Positions 21,552 through 32,546 of a DNA stretch of 64,000 bases are shown here, in pieces. The DNA comes from Candidatus Dormiibacterota bacterium (GTDB taxonomy: Bacteria > Chloroflexota > Dormibacteria > Aeolococcales > Aeolococcaceae), in assembly GCA_963709585.1 (NCBI GenBank), contig CAVPXI010000004.1, positions 192,001 to 256,000 of the forward strand, in the 5' to 3' direction. The position numbers and the translations under genes are program-made. Position 1 is the first letter of the stretch. Every line of letters begins with the position of its first letter. The notes beneath the pieces were generated by a model. That model saw only the letters and a program-made list of their open reading frames with translations. It was not told the DNA's origin and made no database searches.

Positions 21552-22453
21552 CCGCCATCGTCGCGACCGGGCTCGGAATGCGGTACGGCAAACGTGTGGC
21601 GCTCCGCGACTGTTCGATGGAGATTCCTTCGGGAAGTGTCACTGCACTTGTCGGCCCCAATGGGGCGGGAAAGACCACGTTGCTCCTACTCGCTGCCGGA
21701 TTGCTCGCTCCAACCGCTGGAACGATCACTGTTCTTGACCGGACTCCCGATCGGGACGTGGAACTGATCTCACGAATTGGCTTCGTTGCGCAGGACGTTC
21801 CACTCTACGGGTCCTTCACCGTCGCCGAAATGCTTCGCTTCGGTCAAAAGATGAACCACCACTGGGACCAGCAACTGGCCCAGCAGCGGATGGAGAAGCT
21901 GCAAATCCCCCTGAATCAGCAGGTCCATGAACTGTCGGGCGGGCAGCGAGCGCAGGTATCGCTGGCTCTCGCCTTGGGGAAGAAGCCCGACATCCTGCTG
22001 CTTGATGAGCCCCTCGCCAGTCTTGACCCGCTGGCCCGGCGGGAGTTCATGCGCGTGGTGATGGAGACCGCCGCCGACTCGAAGATCACGATCGTCCTGT
22101 CATCCCACCTGGTCGCCGACCTCGAGCGTGTATGTGACCACCTTGTGGTCCTGTCCTCGTCGCGCACTCAGGTCGTGGGGGAGATCGGTACCCTGTTGGA
22201 CGGTCACCGCGTTCTTGTGGGGCCTCATTGCGACTCCCGCGAGCCCGACATTGCGGGTGTCGCGTCCATCGTTGAGAGGACGGACTCAGAGCGCCAGACC
22301 AGCCTCCTGGTCCGCACCAATGGACCGATTCTTGATCCAAAATGGATATCCGAACCAGTCACGTTGGAAGATCTCGTGCTTGCCTACCTGGCACGTCCGG
22401 GTGCGACCGCGCTTCCGGCCCCGCGAGCGATGACAGAGGCGTCCGCGTCGTGA
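21548..22453 (+). CDS. ABC transporter ATP-binding protein
   Basis: GPNGAGKTT, LSGGQRAQ, LLLDEP, SSH. Confidence 0.93.
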   Translation: MTAIVATGLGMRYGKRVALRDCSMEIPSGSVTALVGPNGAGKTTLLLLAAGLLAPTAGTITVLDRTPDRDVELISRIGFVAQDVPLYGSFTVAEMLRFGQKMNHHWDQQLAQQRMEKLQIPLNQQVHELSGGQRAQVSLALALGKKPDILLLDEPLASLDPLARREFMRVVMETAADSKITIVLSSHLVADLERVCDHLVVLSSSRTQVVGEIGTLLDGHRVLVGPHCDSREPDIAGVASIVERTDSERQTSLLVRTNGPILDPKWISEPVTLEDLVLAYLARPGATALPAPRAMTEASAS

Positions 22454-23451
22454 TGTGGTTGACGTGGCGCCAACATCGCGCACAGTTCATCGCGGGTGTG
22501 GTTCTCGGCGGTGTGCTGGTTGCCTTTCTGGTGGTCACGGGCTTGGGAATGCGCTCCACCTATGACTCCCTGGGTGTTGCCACGTGCCTGGCCGCTACGC
22601 CGGCGCGAGACTGCACCATGCTGTTCAGTCAATTCCAAAACCAATACTCGTCGTTGCAGTTCCTGATCCCGCTCTTCCTCCTGCTGCCCGTACTGCTCGG
22701 AGTCTTCTGGGGCGCGCCGTTGATTGCGCGTGAAGTCGAGCAGGGGACCTACCGGCTGGCCTGGACACAGTCGGTGACCCGCCGCCGCTGGACCGTCACC
22801 AAACTCTTCATTGTCGGTTCAGTCGCTGTGATTCTTTCGGCCATATTCTCGGCGGTATTGTGGTGGTGGGCAGACCCGCTGGTGGGGGACCCATCCGTCC
22901 AGCGCTTCAAATACGGCATCTTTGACTTACTCGGGGTTGTACCGGTTGCCTACACACTGTTCGCGGTTGCACTTGGTGTCGCTGCTGGAGTGGTGCTGCG
23001 GCGTACGACCGTCGCCATGGTGGCAACGCTCTGCGGGTTTGCCGTTGCGCGGCTGTTTGTGGAATTGGTGCTGCGCCCAAATTACCAACGCGCGGTCACG
23101 GCCGCTTACCCTCTCAGCTTCAGCTCCAAGACCGGTCCACCCGATGGCGCGTGGGTTCTCGCCGAGAACACCGTTACGGCGTCAGGGTTCGCCGTGAGTG
23201 GTGACTCCAACGGAGTCAGCCTCAGCTATGTCCCGATGCAGCACATCTGTCCCTATCTCACTCCTGTTTCGGCACCTGGTTCCGCGGCGATGCAGCAATG
23301 CCTCACCCAGAACGGAATTCACGTCGTCGCCACGTTTCAGCCGTACGACCGCTACTGGTTGTTCCAGGGGATCGAGTCCGCGCTGTTCATCGTCCTCGCG
23401 ATCGCGCTGGCCCTGTTCTCCATTTGGTGGGTGCGCAGACGGGTCCGATAG
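22450..23451 (+). CDS. ABC-2 type permease
   Basis: MWLTWRQHR, FWGAPLIAREVEQGT..WTQSV, RYWLFQGIE; multi-TM. Confidence 0.85.
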   Translation: MMWLTWRQHRAQFIAGVVLGGVLVAFLVVTGLGMRSTYDSLGVATCLAATPARDCTMLFSQFQNQYSSLQFLIPLFLLLPVLLGVFWGAPLIAREVEQGTYRLAWTQSVTRRRWTVTKLFIVGSVAVILSAIFSAVLWWWADPLVGDPSVQRFKYGIFDLLGVVPVAYTLFAVALGVAAGVVLRRTTVAMVATLCGFAVARLFVELVLRPNYQRAVTAAYPLSFSSKTGPPDGAWVLAENTVTASGFAVSGDSNGVSLSYVPMQHICPYLTPVSAPGSAAMQQCLTQNGIHVVATFQPYDRYWLFQGIESALFIVLAIALALFSIWWVRRRVR

Positions 23452-23457
23452 CCCGTT

Positions 23458-24255
23458 TCACGCCTGCGGCGGTGTCACCCGGAGGCGGTCGATGAACAAG
23501 CCCTGCAGCGAACGGCCGATCGGCCCCCGCTCATCGTAGAGCCTGCTGTGCGCGACGCCGACACCGTGCCGATCGACATCGGTGCTCGCGTCAAGGCAGA
23601 TCCATTCGCCCTCGGGCTGACGGTGCACATACACGGTCAGATCGGTGTTGATGAACATGAACTGTTGCCACGACAGCGCCGACGAGACGCCGTTGCCGAA
23701 ATCGGCCGCGGCAAGCGTGCGCTGCAGCGGCGTCGGCGTCTGACCCGCGATCAGCGGGATCGCGAGCCGCATCCACACGGTCGCGGGCCCCGGCTCCATG
23801 AACGACCCACGCGCGTAACGCATCTCGACACCGGTGCGGTGAAACGCGGGATCGTCACTCTCGGCGACATGTGCGGTCAACTCGGCCGGCCCCGGGAACG
23901 GCACCTCGAGCGGCGGCTGCTCGCCGAGGTCGAGGTCCGCGATGCGCATGCGCCACGCCGTCGCTCGGCAGAGTTCGGTGTTGCCGTCGGTGAGTGTCGC
24001 GGTCACCAGCTGGACGCGGCGGCCTTCGCGCTCCACGCGGGCGGAGACCTCAACGGGTCGGAGCGGCACCGGCCGGAAGATCTCAACGGTGATCCGTACG
24101 ACCGCCATGGGCGCCTCGGTCCGAAGCGCCTCCATGGCTGCGGCCATGAGCGCTGCCGGCGGGCCGCCGTGCATGGCGCCGCGATCCCAAGGCCCCCGCG
24201 CATGCTCGCTGGGCACGTAGCCGCGTTTGTGGGGAGTGAACAGCGCGTCGGGCAT
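23458..24255 (-). CDS. Thioesterase family protein (double hotdog)
   Basis: RGPWD..MHGGPP, REGRRVQL, AADFGNG, FINTDLTV. Confidence 0.85.
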   Translation of the reverse strand: MPDALFTPHKRGYVPSEHARGPWDRGAMHGGPPAALMAAAMEALRTEAPMAVVRITVEIFRPVPLRPVEVSARVEREGRRVQLVTATLTDGNTELCRATAWRMRIADLDLGEQPPLEVPFPGPAELTAHVAESDDPAFHRTGVEMRYARGSFMEPGPATVWMRLAIPLIAGQTPTPLQRTLAAADFGNGVSSALSWQQFMFINTDLTVYVHRQPEGEWICLDASTDVDRHGVGVAHSRLYDERGPIGRSLQGLFIDRLRVTPPQA

Positions 24256-24322
24256 CGCCGCATGGTGCACCAAGAAGCCCGTGAGCGGAACGCCACTCAG
24301 GCTGCCTGCTACGCTCGTCCTC

Positions 24323-25184
<862 letters not shown>

Positions 25185-25185
<1 letters not shown>

Positions 25186-26252
25186 TGGCCGGCATCGAGG
25201 TCACCGGGACCGCTCAACGGCGCTCCTGGGAGTCTGTGGGGCTGCCCGAGGTCGAGCGTGTTCGTCCCGGGCTCTGGTCGGTTCCCGTCCCGCTGCCGAA
25301 CAACCCGCTGCGCTACGTCCTCGTCTACCTGCTCGAGCTGGACGCCGGCGTCGCGGCCATCGACACCGGCTGGAGCACCGAGGAGGCCTGGAGCACGCTC
25401 GTGGCCGGGATGGCGGTGGCCGGGTATGCCCCAGCTGATGTCCAGGCGATCCTGGTCACGCACATCCATCCCGACCACTACGGGCTTGCCGGGCGGCTGC
25501 GCGAGGCCTCGGGGGCGTGGGTCGCGCTACATCCGGCGGACGCCGCGCTGATCCCGGCTCGCTACGGCCTGGGTATCGACGACCTGCTCGCGAACATGGA
25601 TGCCCTGCTCATCGACGCCGGCGTCCCCGACGAGGTGCGGACGGAGCTCACCGTCGCTTCGATGGGGATCCGCGAGCTCGTCGCCGCCACCGAACCGGAC
25701 GTGCTCCTTGAGGACCGGGTCAGGGTGCCCCTGCCGGGATGGGACCTCCTCACCCTGCACACGCCCGGCCACTCGCCCGGTCATGTCTGCTTCCACGATC
25801 GCAAAGGCAGGCTGCTCTTCAGCGGCGACCACGTGCTCCCGCGGATCAGTCCGAGCGTGGCGCTGCACGTGCAGCAGCCGATCAATCCGCTCGCAGATTT
25901 TCTCGACGCACTGCGCCGCGTGCGCGACCTGGACGTCGACGAAGTGCTGCCGGCGCACCAATGGCGGTTCCGTGGCCTGGACGCGCGTGTCGACGAGCTG
26001 CTCGACCACCACCGCCACCGGCTCGACGAGACCCATCAAGCGATCAGCGACACGCCGGGGCTCACCTGCTGGGAGACCACGCTCCGACTGCGTTGGTCCC
26101 GAGACTGGTCGCAGATCGTCGGCTACATGCGGCGCGCGGCGGTGGGCGAGACGCTCGCGCACCTGGTCCTCCTCGAAAGTTCGGGACGGGCGCGCCGGGA
26201 CCAGGAGCGGCCCGTGCACTGGTACCCGGCGGGTGACTCTTCAGGCGGATGA
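25185..26252 (+). CDS. MBL-fold metallo-hydrolase
   Basis: IDTG, THIHPDH, TPGHSPGH, SGDHVL, LPAH, ETLAHL. Confidence 0.88.
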
Positions 26253-27689
26253 GGGGGCGCGGACGGCCGATCCCGGCCAGGTCACGCTGATCACCCCGGC
26301 GAGAAGCGCCACGGCAACCAGCAGCACGGCGACCGACGCGATCCCTCGTCCCGAGGCGATCACGAGCGACGTCAAGGCGACGCCAAGCGCAGCCCCGAGA
26401 CCGCGCGCCATGTTCAGCAGTCCTCCGGCCGCACCGGCCCGCTGCAAAGGAGCCGAGAACATGGTCGCCGCGTTGTTCGCCGCGACGAACAGCCCCAGAC
26501 CCGCCCCGGCGACCGCCAGCGCGACCACGGTCAGGTCGTCCCGGCTCGCCGGGACGGCAAGCAGCGCCATTCCGGCGGCCGTCAGGAGCATGCCGGCGCC
26601 GGTCGGCACGCGGGATCCGATCCGGTCTCGGATCGCTCCGCCCAACGGAGCCACGACCATGAGTGCCACGGGAAGCGCGCTGAGCTCGAGTCCCGCCTTC
26701 ACCGGGCCGATGCGGCCCGACCGCTCCAGGAAGATCGGCACGGAGACGAGGCAGCCGAAGAGGACCACGTACGAGAGCAGCGCCGCGATCGCCCCGGCCA
26801 CGAAGGGCGGGATGCGTATCGACGCCGCGTCGACCACCGACCCGATCGCGCTCCGCTGTCGCATCACCGCGCCGACAACCAGGATGCAGGTGAGGCCGAT
26901 GAGAACAGGCTCGGCCCACACCGGCGTCCCCGATTGGGCGGCGAAGGACAGGGCTGCGAGAACCGCCGCCGGGATAGCCGCGAGGAGCAGGGTGCCGTAG
27001 GGATCGATGCGGCTGTCCGGGTCGTGCTGCGTGCTCCTCGGCAGCAGAAACCATCCCAGCGCCAGGCCGATCAGACCGATCGGGATGTTGACCAGAAAGA
27101 TCAGACGCCAGCCACCGAGCGCGGTGAGCACGCCGCCGAGGGCCGGCCCGACGCTGAGGCCGGCCGCCTGCGCCGCGCCCTGAACGCCCAGCCCGGTGCC
27201 GAGCCGAGAGGGGGGAAGCACGTCGCGGATCAGCGCGAACGAGTTCGCCTGGAGCATCACGGCGCCGATCGCCTGCACGAGTCTGGCCAGCACGAGGATG
27301 CCGAGCGACGGAGCGACCGCGCAGGCGGCAGACCCTGCCACGAAGATGCCGAAGCCATAGGTGTAGAGCAGCTTCCGACCGACCCGATCGGCGATCCTGC
27401 CCACCGCCGCAACCGTCCCCGCGAGGACGAGCACGTACACGAGCACCACCCATTCGACACTGGCGATGGATCCGTGTAGGTTTTTCCCGATGACCGGAAG
27501 GGCTGTGGACACGATGCTGGCGTCGAGCTGGCCCATGAAGGCGCCGACGCAGACCGTCCCCACCGCGAGCCACGGGGCGGCGTGCAATGCCCTGATGCGC
27601 GCCGGACGTCGCGGTTCGGTGAGGATGCGTGGGGTGGCGCGGCGCGGTCCCTCGGGCTCAGACACGGGTGGTCGGGCCTCCGCGCTCAA
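26241..27689 (-). CDS. MFS transporter (DHA2-like)
   Basis: FMGQLDASIV, GRIADRVGRK, WRLIFLVNIPIG. Confidence 0.9.
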   Translation of the reverse strand: MSAEARPPVSEPEGPRRATPRILTEPRRPARIRALHAAPWLAVGTVCVGAFMGQLDASIVSTALPVIGKNLHGSIASVEWVVLVYVLVLAGTVAAVGRIADRVGRKLLYTYGFGIFVAGSAACAVAPSLGILVLARLVQAIGAVMLQANSFALIRDVLPPSRLGTGLGVQGAAQAAGLSVGPALGGVLTALGGWRLIFLVNIPIGLIGLALGWFLLPRSTQHDPDSRIDPYGTLLLAAIPAAVLAALSFAAQSGTPVWAEPVLIGLTCILVVGAVMRQRSAIGSVVDAASIRIPPFVAGAIAALLSYVVLFGCLVSVPIFLERSGRIGPVKAGLELSALPVALMVVAPLGGAIRDRIGSRVPTGAGMLLTAAGMALLAVPASRDDLTVVALAVAGAGLGLFVAANNAATMFSAPLQRAGAAGGLLNMARGLGAALGVALTSLVIASGRGIASVAVLLVAVALLAGVISVTWPGSAVRAPSSA

Positions 27690-27866
27690 TCCGGGCCGGT
27701 GTGACCGCCATCACCCCATCATCCAGCACGGCAGCGCCCTCGACCGCGCGGTCCGGCGGCACATGTCTCCACCCGGTGACGGAACGATGGTCGCCGAGAT
27801 CAGACCGCTCTGGCGCTCCGATACTGCGATGACCCACCTGTCCACGCGCCCGGGAGGCCGCAACCC

Positions 27867-28256
27867 TTGACCCAGCAGCGCATCCTTCTCGCTGACGACG
27901 AACCGCGCCTCCTGCATGTGGTCGGTCTGTATCTCAGCATGGAAGGATTCGAGGTGCGAGAGGCGTCGGATGGGACCGAGGCGCTGTCGATGCTCGAGAC
28001 CGAAGAGTTCGACCTCGCCATCCTCGATGTGATGATGCCGGGGGTCGACGGGATCGAGGTGTGCCGGCACATCCGCTCGCAGCCGGGCACGCAGTCGATG
28101 CCGGTTCTGGTGTTCACCTCACTTTCCTCGGACAAGGATGTGGAGCGGGCCCGTCTGGCCGGCGCGAATCACCTGATCACCAAGCCGTTCAGCCTGCCGG
28201 GGCTCGGGGCGGTGGTTCGCTCGTGCTTCGAGGACGCCCCAGCGCTCACCGGCTGA
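27867..28256 (+). CDS. Single-domain response regulator receiver
   Basis: LLADDE, ILDVMMPG, TS, KPF. Confidence 0.9.
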   Translation: MTQQRILLADDEPRLLHVVGLYLSMEGFEVREASDGTEALSMLETEEFDLAILDVMMPGVDGIEVCRHIRSQPGTQSMPVLVFTSLSSDKDVERARLAGANHLITKPFSLPGLGAVVRSCFEDAPALTG

Positions 28257-28298
28257 CAGCGCCCGCGCGCTCGCTTTGTCGCCAGGCGCCGCCCGGCC

Positions 28299-29060
28299 TC
28301 AGGCGATCGCCCGGCTGAAGCGCCGCGCGCCCACCAGGACTCCGACGACCGCCAGCGCGGCCATGATTGCGAGGCCCTTGAAGACGTCGGGGTCCGAGCC
28401 GTGCCCGTTGAAGACATCGCGAGCGGCAGTGACGGCGTAGGAGAGCGGGTTCGCCTGCGCGACGTGCTGCAGCCACTCGGGTGCGAGCTGCAGGGGGAGC
28501 AGCACGCCGCTGAGGAGCAGCAGCGGCAGCGAGAGCGTGAAGATGAGCGGCGCGTAGGAATCCTCGCTCTTCAGCGCGAGCGCGGCCGCGTAGGCGAGCG
28601 ACGACATGCCGAGACCGATGAGCGCGACCAGTCCGAGCATGACGAAAACGCCTGACACGGTCGGTTGCAGGCCGAAGGGAATCGACAGCAGCAGCAGGAT
28701 CATCGATTGCACCACTAGCGTCAGGATGTCGCGGAGCGCGCGCCCGAGAAGGAGTGCGAACCGGCTCACCGGCGTCACCCGGAAGCGCTCGATGACACCG
28801 GCACGCAGCTCCGCGATCAGTCCGAAGCCGACGCCGCTCGCGCCGAACAGCCCGAGCTGGATGAGCAGCCCCGGGACGAACACGTTGTACGCACCCCCGG
28901 ATGGGAAGCCGCGCGTCTCGGTCAACGATTTGAGCAGGGGTGCGAAGAGGACCAGGTAGAGCACCGGCTGGAGCACGCCGATCGCAACCCACGCCGGGTT
29001 GCGCAGGAACACGAAGAGATATCGCTGGAACATCAGCCACGTGTCTTTGAGGAATTTCAT
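28299..29060 (-). CDS. ABC-2 permease (DrrB-like)
   Basis: QPVLYLVLF, FVPGLL, LSGVLLP, NPLSY. Confidence 0.9.
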   Translation of the reverse strand: MKFLKDTWLMFQRYLFVFLRNPAWVAIGVLQPVLYLVLFAPLLKSLTETRGFPSGGAYNVFVPGLLIQLGLFGASGVGFGLIAELRAGVIERFRVTPVSRFALLLGRALRDILTLVVQSMILLLLSIPFGLQPTVSGVFVMLGLVALIGLGMSSLAYAAALALKSEDSYAPLIFTLSLPLLLLSGVLLPLQLAPEWLQHVAQANPLSYAVTAARDVFNGHGSDPDVFKGLAIMAALAVVGVLVGARRFSRAIA

Positions 29061-29072
29061 GTCGATGCGCTC

Positions 29073-30017
29073 CTATGCCGCGTCGCGCAGCGAACGCCCG
29101 GTCTGACGCAGAAACACGTCGTCGAGGCTTGGACGGGTCAGCGACAGCGACGCGAGGGCGATGCCCTCGGCGTCGAGCGCGCGAAGGATCTGCGGCATCG
29201 CAGTCTCGCCCCGGTCGACGTAGAGGCGGACGACGCCGTCTCCCGAGGTGGCTTCGCGGACGAACGCCTGGCCGCGCAGCAGCTGGAGCACCTGGTCGCT
29301 CGCGTTGTCGGTGCCCACGATGACCACGTCGCCGGCGACCTGGCGCTTCAGCTCGTCGGGTGTGCCGAGGGCGACGATCCTGCCGTGATCGATGATCGCG
29401 ATGCGGTCGCAGAGCGCGTCGGCTTCCTCGAGGTAATGGGTCGTGAGGAAGACGGTCGTTCCGGTGTCGCGCAGTGCGCGCACCTCGTCCCACATCCGAG
29501 CCCTGCTCTGCGGATCGAGCCCCGTGGTGGGCTCGTCCAGGAACAGCAGTTGGGGCAGGTGCATAAGGCCGATCCCGATGTCGAGCCGGCGTTTCTGTCC
29601 GCCCGAATATGTCTTTGTCGGCCTGTCCGCGCAGTCGGCGAGCTCGAGCGCGGTGATGAGCTCGGCGGCCCGCTGCTGGGCTCGCGCCTTGGTCATGCCG
29701 TAGAGCCGGCCCTGAATGATCAGCTCGGCGCGACCCGGAATCTCAGGCGCGCTGCTCCCCTCCTGACTCACGTAGCCGATCTCGTAACGCACCTTGGCCG
29801 GGGCGTGGAGGAGGTCGAAGCCCGCGACCGTCGCCTCGCCACTGGTCGGCGGCAACAGCGTCGAAAGCATGCGCAGCGTCGTCGTCTTGCCCGCGCCGTT
29901 GGGCCCGAGAAATCCGAAGATCTCGCCCTTCCTGACGTCGAGGTCGACTCCGGCGACGGCTTCCACAGCTCCCTTGCGCGACTTGAAGGTCTTGCGCAGA
30001 TTGTGGGTCTCAATCAA
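29073..30017 (-). CDS. ABC exporter ATPase (DrrA-like)
   Basis: GPNGAGKTT, YSGGQKRR, LDEPTTGLDP, TTHYLEEAD, PSLDDVFL. Confidence 0.92.
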   Translation of the reverse strand: MIETHNLRKTFKSRKGAVEAVAGVDLDVRKGEIFGFLGPNGAGKTTTLRMLSTLLPPTSGEATVAGFDLLHAPAKVRYEIGYVSQEGSSAPEIPGRAELIIQGRLYGMTKARAQQRAAELITALELADCADRPTKTYSGGQKRRLDIGIGLMHLPQLLFLDEPTTGLDPQSRARMWDEVRALRDTGTTVFLTTHYLEEADALCDRIAIIDHGRIVALGTPDELKRQVAGDVVIVGTDNASDQVLQLLRGQAFVREATSGDGVVRLYVDRGETAMPQILRALDAEGIALASLSLTRPSLDDVFLRQTGRSLRDAA

Positions 30018-30090
30018 TTCGTGTCCCCTCCGGGATCGCGCCCTTGCGCGATTTGAAAGTCTTTCGCTGGCCGCTGATCTGAATGATCAA
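30010..30090 (-). CDS. 26-aa mini-ORF duplicating the ATPase N-terminus (MIIQISGQRKTFKSRKGAIPEGTRID)
   Basis: TTG start overlaps the corrected padR stop; its own stop overlaps the ATPase start; shares RKTFKSRKGA with the ATPase. Confidence 0.45.
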   Translation of the reverse strand: MIIQISGQRKTFKSRKGAIPEGTRID

Positions 30091-30777
30091 TTCGTATTCC
30101 CCGCCGGAGACGTGTGGAGCAGCTTGGCGAGGTGGTTTTCCCGATGGCGATTGCGACGCTCCGAGTCGGCGGCGTGCATCGCCTCGAAATGCGCTCGGAT
30201 CAGCTCCTCGTTCCACACGAGCGCGCCGGACTGCATGTCCGCGGTGATGGAGTCGGATCCACTCGATCTCGGCCGCGGCGAGGGCGATCGCATGCTCCAG
30301 CTCGAGCAGCACGAGCCTCGGAAGGCCAAGGTCGTCCTGGGCCATCCTGAGGGTGGCCTCGAGGCCGGTCACCCGTACCCGGAGGCTGACGGTGCGGCTT
30401 GCCAGCGCAATCTCTGCGCGCTCCTGGGTGATGTAGCCGAGGAGGCCGACAGCGACGCGGAACACGGGCGTCTCATCGACAGGCGTCGAGAGCAGGTCGG
30501 CAAGCCAGTTCTCGAGCTCCTCGCTGCCCTCGGGCGTGATCCGGTAGACGGTGCGCTCCGGTCGCCGGCCCTCGCGGCTCGTCTCGATCGGCTCGATGTA
30601 CCCGGCCAACTCCAACTCCTCGATCGCCCGGTAGAGGGTCCGGGTCTTGCCCACTGCGTACGCCTTGTGGCGCTCCTTGAGCAGGCGCTGGATCTCGTAC
30701 GGATGGCAGGGCTGCTCGCTGAGCAGGCCGAGCGTGGTCAGGGCCACCATGTCTTTGGGCTGTGTGCGGATTTCCAT
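30087..30777 (-). CDS. PadR-family regulator (+1 frameshift near 30255)
   Basis: LGLLSEQPCHPYEI, LYRAI..L, RPERTVYRIT. Removing 1 nt gives ..EIEWIDSITADMQSGALVW.., 229 aa. Confidence 0.87.
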
Positions 30778-30779
30778 AT

Positions 30780-30798
30780 TGCGAATCGCACTATAGCA
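30780..30798 (-). promoter_or_regulatory. Extended -10 (TGcTATAGT) with adjacent palindrome TGCGA-N-TCGCA upstream of padR
   Basis: Read directly; the palindrome covers the predicted transcription start. Confidence 0.4.
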
Positions 30799-30825
30799 CG
30801 ACGCAATGAGCGCGATGAAAGGCGC

Positions 30826-32040
30826 TCAGTCCTCGGAGTGACGGGCGACCTCGTGGTGCTCCTGGAGGTATTCGCGGATCGCGATCAGTGCCGCGATGCC
30901 GTCTCCGACAGCGGATCCCAACTGCTTGGTCGACCCACGGCGGACGTCGCCGGCAGCGAACACCCCGGGAACGGAGGTGGCGAAACCGCCCTTGGTGTCG
31001 ACAAACCCTCGGGCGTCGAGATCCACGCTGCCGCGGAGAAACTCGGTGTTGGGATCGAGCCCGATGAAGACGAAGGCAGCACGCGGGGTCACCACCTGCT
31101 CCTCGCCGGTGGCGCGATCGCGAAGGCGGACCGACTCGAGCCGTCCGCTGCCGGCGAGCTCGACGACCTCGGTGTTGCGCTGCACCACGAAGTGCGGGTC
31201 GTTGTTCACCTTGTCCTGGAGCAGGCGTGAGGCGGTGAGCTCGGGCTCGCGCTGGACGACACGGATGCGGTTGGCGAACTTCCGGAGGAAGAGGCCCTCC
31301 TCGAGCGCCGAGTTTCCGCCGCCGATGACCAGAAGTTCCTCGGCGCCACGGTAGAACGGCCCGTCGCAGGTCGCGCAGAAGTGGACGCCGGCGCCGATGA
31401 GGTCGTCCTCGCCGGGAACGCCGAGGCGCCGATACGACGATCCGGTGGCGATCAGCACCGCGTGCGTCTCGATCTCCTGGCCGCTTGCCAGGCGGAGGCA
31501 GAGGTCACCCGCCTCCGCGCCCTCGGCGGCGACGTGCTCGACGCTCACCGCGCTGAGAAGTTCGACCTCGTAGCGACGGGCCTGGGCGATGAAGCGCTCG
31601 GCGAGGTCCGCTCCGCCGACGCCCTCCGGGAACCCCGGGTAGTTGTCGATGCGCTCGGTGACGCCCGCCTGGCCGCCGAGCCCGCTGCGCTCGACCACCA
31701 CGGCGTCGATGCCTTCTCGCGCCGCGTAGATGGCGGCGGCGAGACCCGCCGGGCCGCCGCCGACGATCGCCAGGTCGTAGCAGGTGCGCTTGGCCTCGAG
31801 GGTGAGCCCGAGCTTGTGCGCGAGCTCCTCATTGGTCGGATCGACGAGCACGTCGGTCGCGTCGAAAACGATCGTCGGAATCGTGCGCCCGCCCTTCTGC
31901 AGCTCCTCGACGTGCTCCAGGCCGGCGGCGTCCTGGTCGATATCGACCCAGTCGTACGCGACGCGCTGCTCGGCGAGGAAGCGCTTCGCGCGCTTGCAGT
32001 CCGGGCACCACGGGGCGCCGTAGACGGTGACCTGGGCCAT
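30826..32040 (-). CDS. Glutaredoxin-like domain fused to thioredoxin reductase
   Basis: YGAPWCPDC..TIPTI; GGGPAG, NYPGF, IATGS, CATCDG, GGGNSA, FAAGD. Confidence 0.92.
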   Translation of the reverse strand: MAQVTVYGAPWCPDCKRAKRFLAEQRVAYDWVDIDQDAAGLEHVEELQKGGRTIPTIVFDATDVLVDPTNEELAHKLGLTLEAKRTCYDLAIVGGGPAGLAAAIYAAREGIDAVVVERSGLGGQAGVTERIDNYPGFPEGVGGADLAERFIAQARRYEVELLSAVSVEHVAAEGAEAGDLCLRLASGQEIETHAVLIATGSSYRRLGVPGEDDLIGAGVHFCATCDGPFYRGAEELLVIGGGNSALEEGLFLRKFANRIRVVQREPELTASRLLQDKVNNDPHFVVQRNTEVVELAGSGRLESVRLRDRATGEEQVVTPRAAFVFIGLDPNTEFLRGSVDLDARGFVDTKGGFATSVPGVFAAGDVRRGSTKQLGSAVGDGIAALIAIREYLQEHHEVARHSED

Positions 32041-32546
32041 CAGGTGAGCCGGGTCAGGTCGGCGCTCACGCCGGACAGGGTCCCGAGGAATCGATCGACG
32101 ATGTTGCCCTTGGCGTCGACGATGATCACCGTCGGCGGCGCCGCGACGTTGTACTCGGAGGCGATTACTTCGCTCGCGTCGTTGACGCTCGGGTAGGCGA
32201 CGTTGTAATGCCGTTCGTAGGCGGCTCCATTGGCGCTGGATTCCTGCTCGTCCACACCGAGGAACAACACGCCTTTCGGCGCCCATTGCGCCCCAAGCGT
32301 GTTGAGGTCCGGTTGCTCGGCGTTGCACGGGGCGCACCACGATCCCCAGAAGTCGATGACCACGACGTGCCCGCGCGTCGACGACCAGACGAACGGCGCC
32401 CCGGACAGGGTCGGGGCGGTGATCGGCGTCGCCGGGCCGGTCGGCCCGTTGCCCAGGCTCGGCACGGAGGAGAGCTCCTGCTGCAGCCCGCACCCGGCCA
32501 CCATCACGGTGCACGCGAATGCGGTCACGAGAATGCGCACGTTCAC
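32040..32546 (-). CDS. TlpA/ResA-family thiol-disulfide lipoprotein
   Basis: Lipobox VAGC; DFWGSWCAPC, PPT. Confidence 0.88.
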   Translation of the reverse strand: MNVRILVTAFACTVMVAGCGLQQELSSVPSLGNGPTGPATPITAPTLSGAPFVWSSTRGHVVVIDFWGSWCAPCNAEQPDLNTLGAQWAPKGVLFLGVDEQESSANGAAYERHYNVAYPSVNDASEVIASEYNVAAPPTVIIVDAKGNIVDRFLGTLSGVSADLTRLT

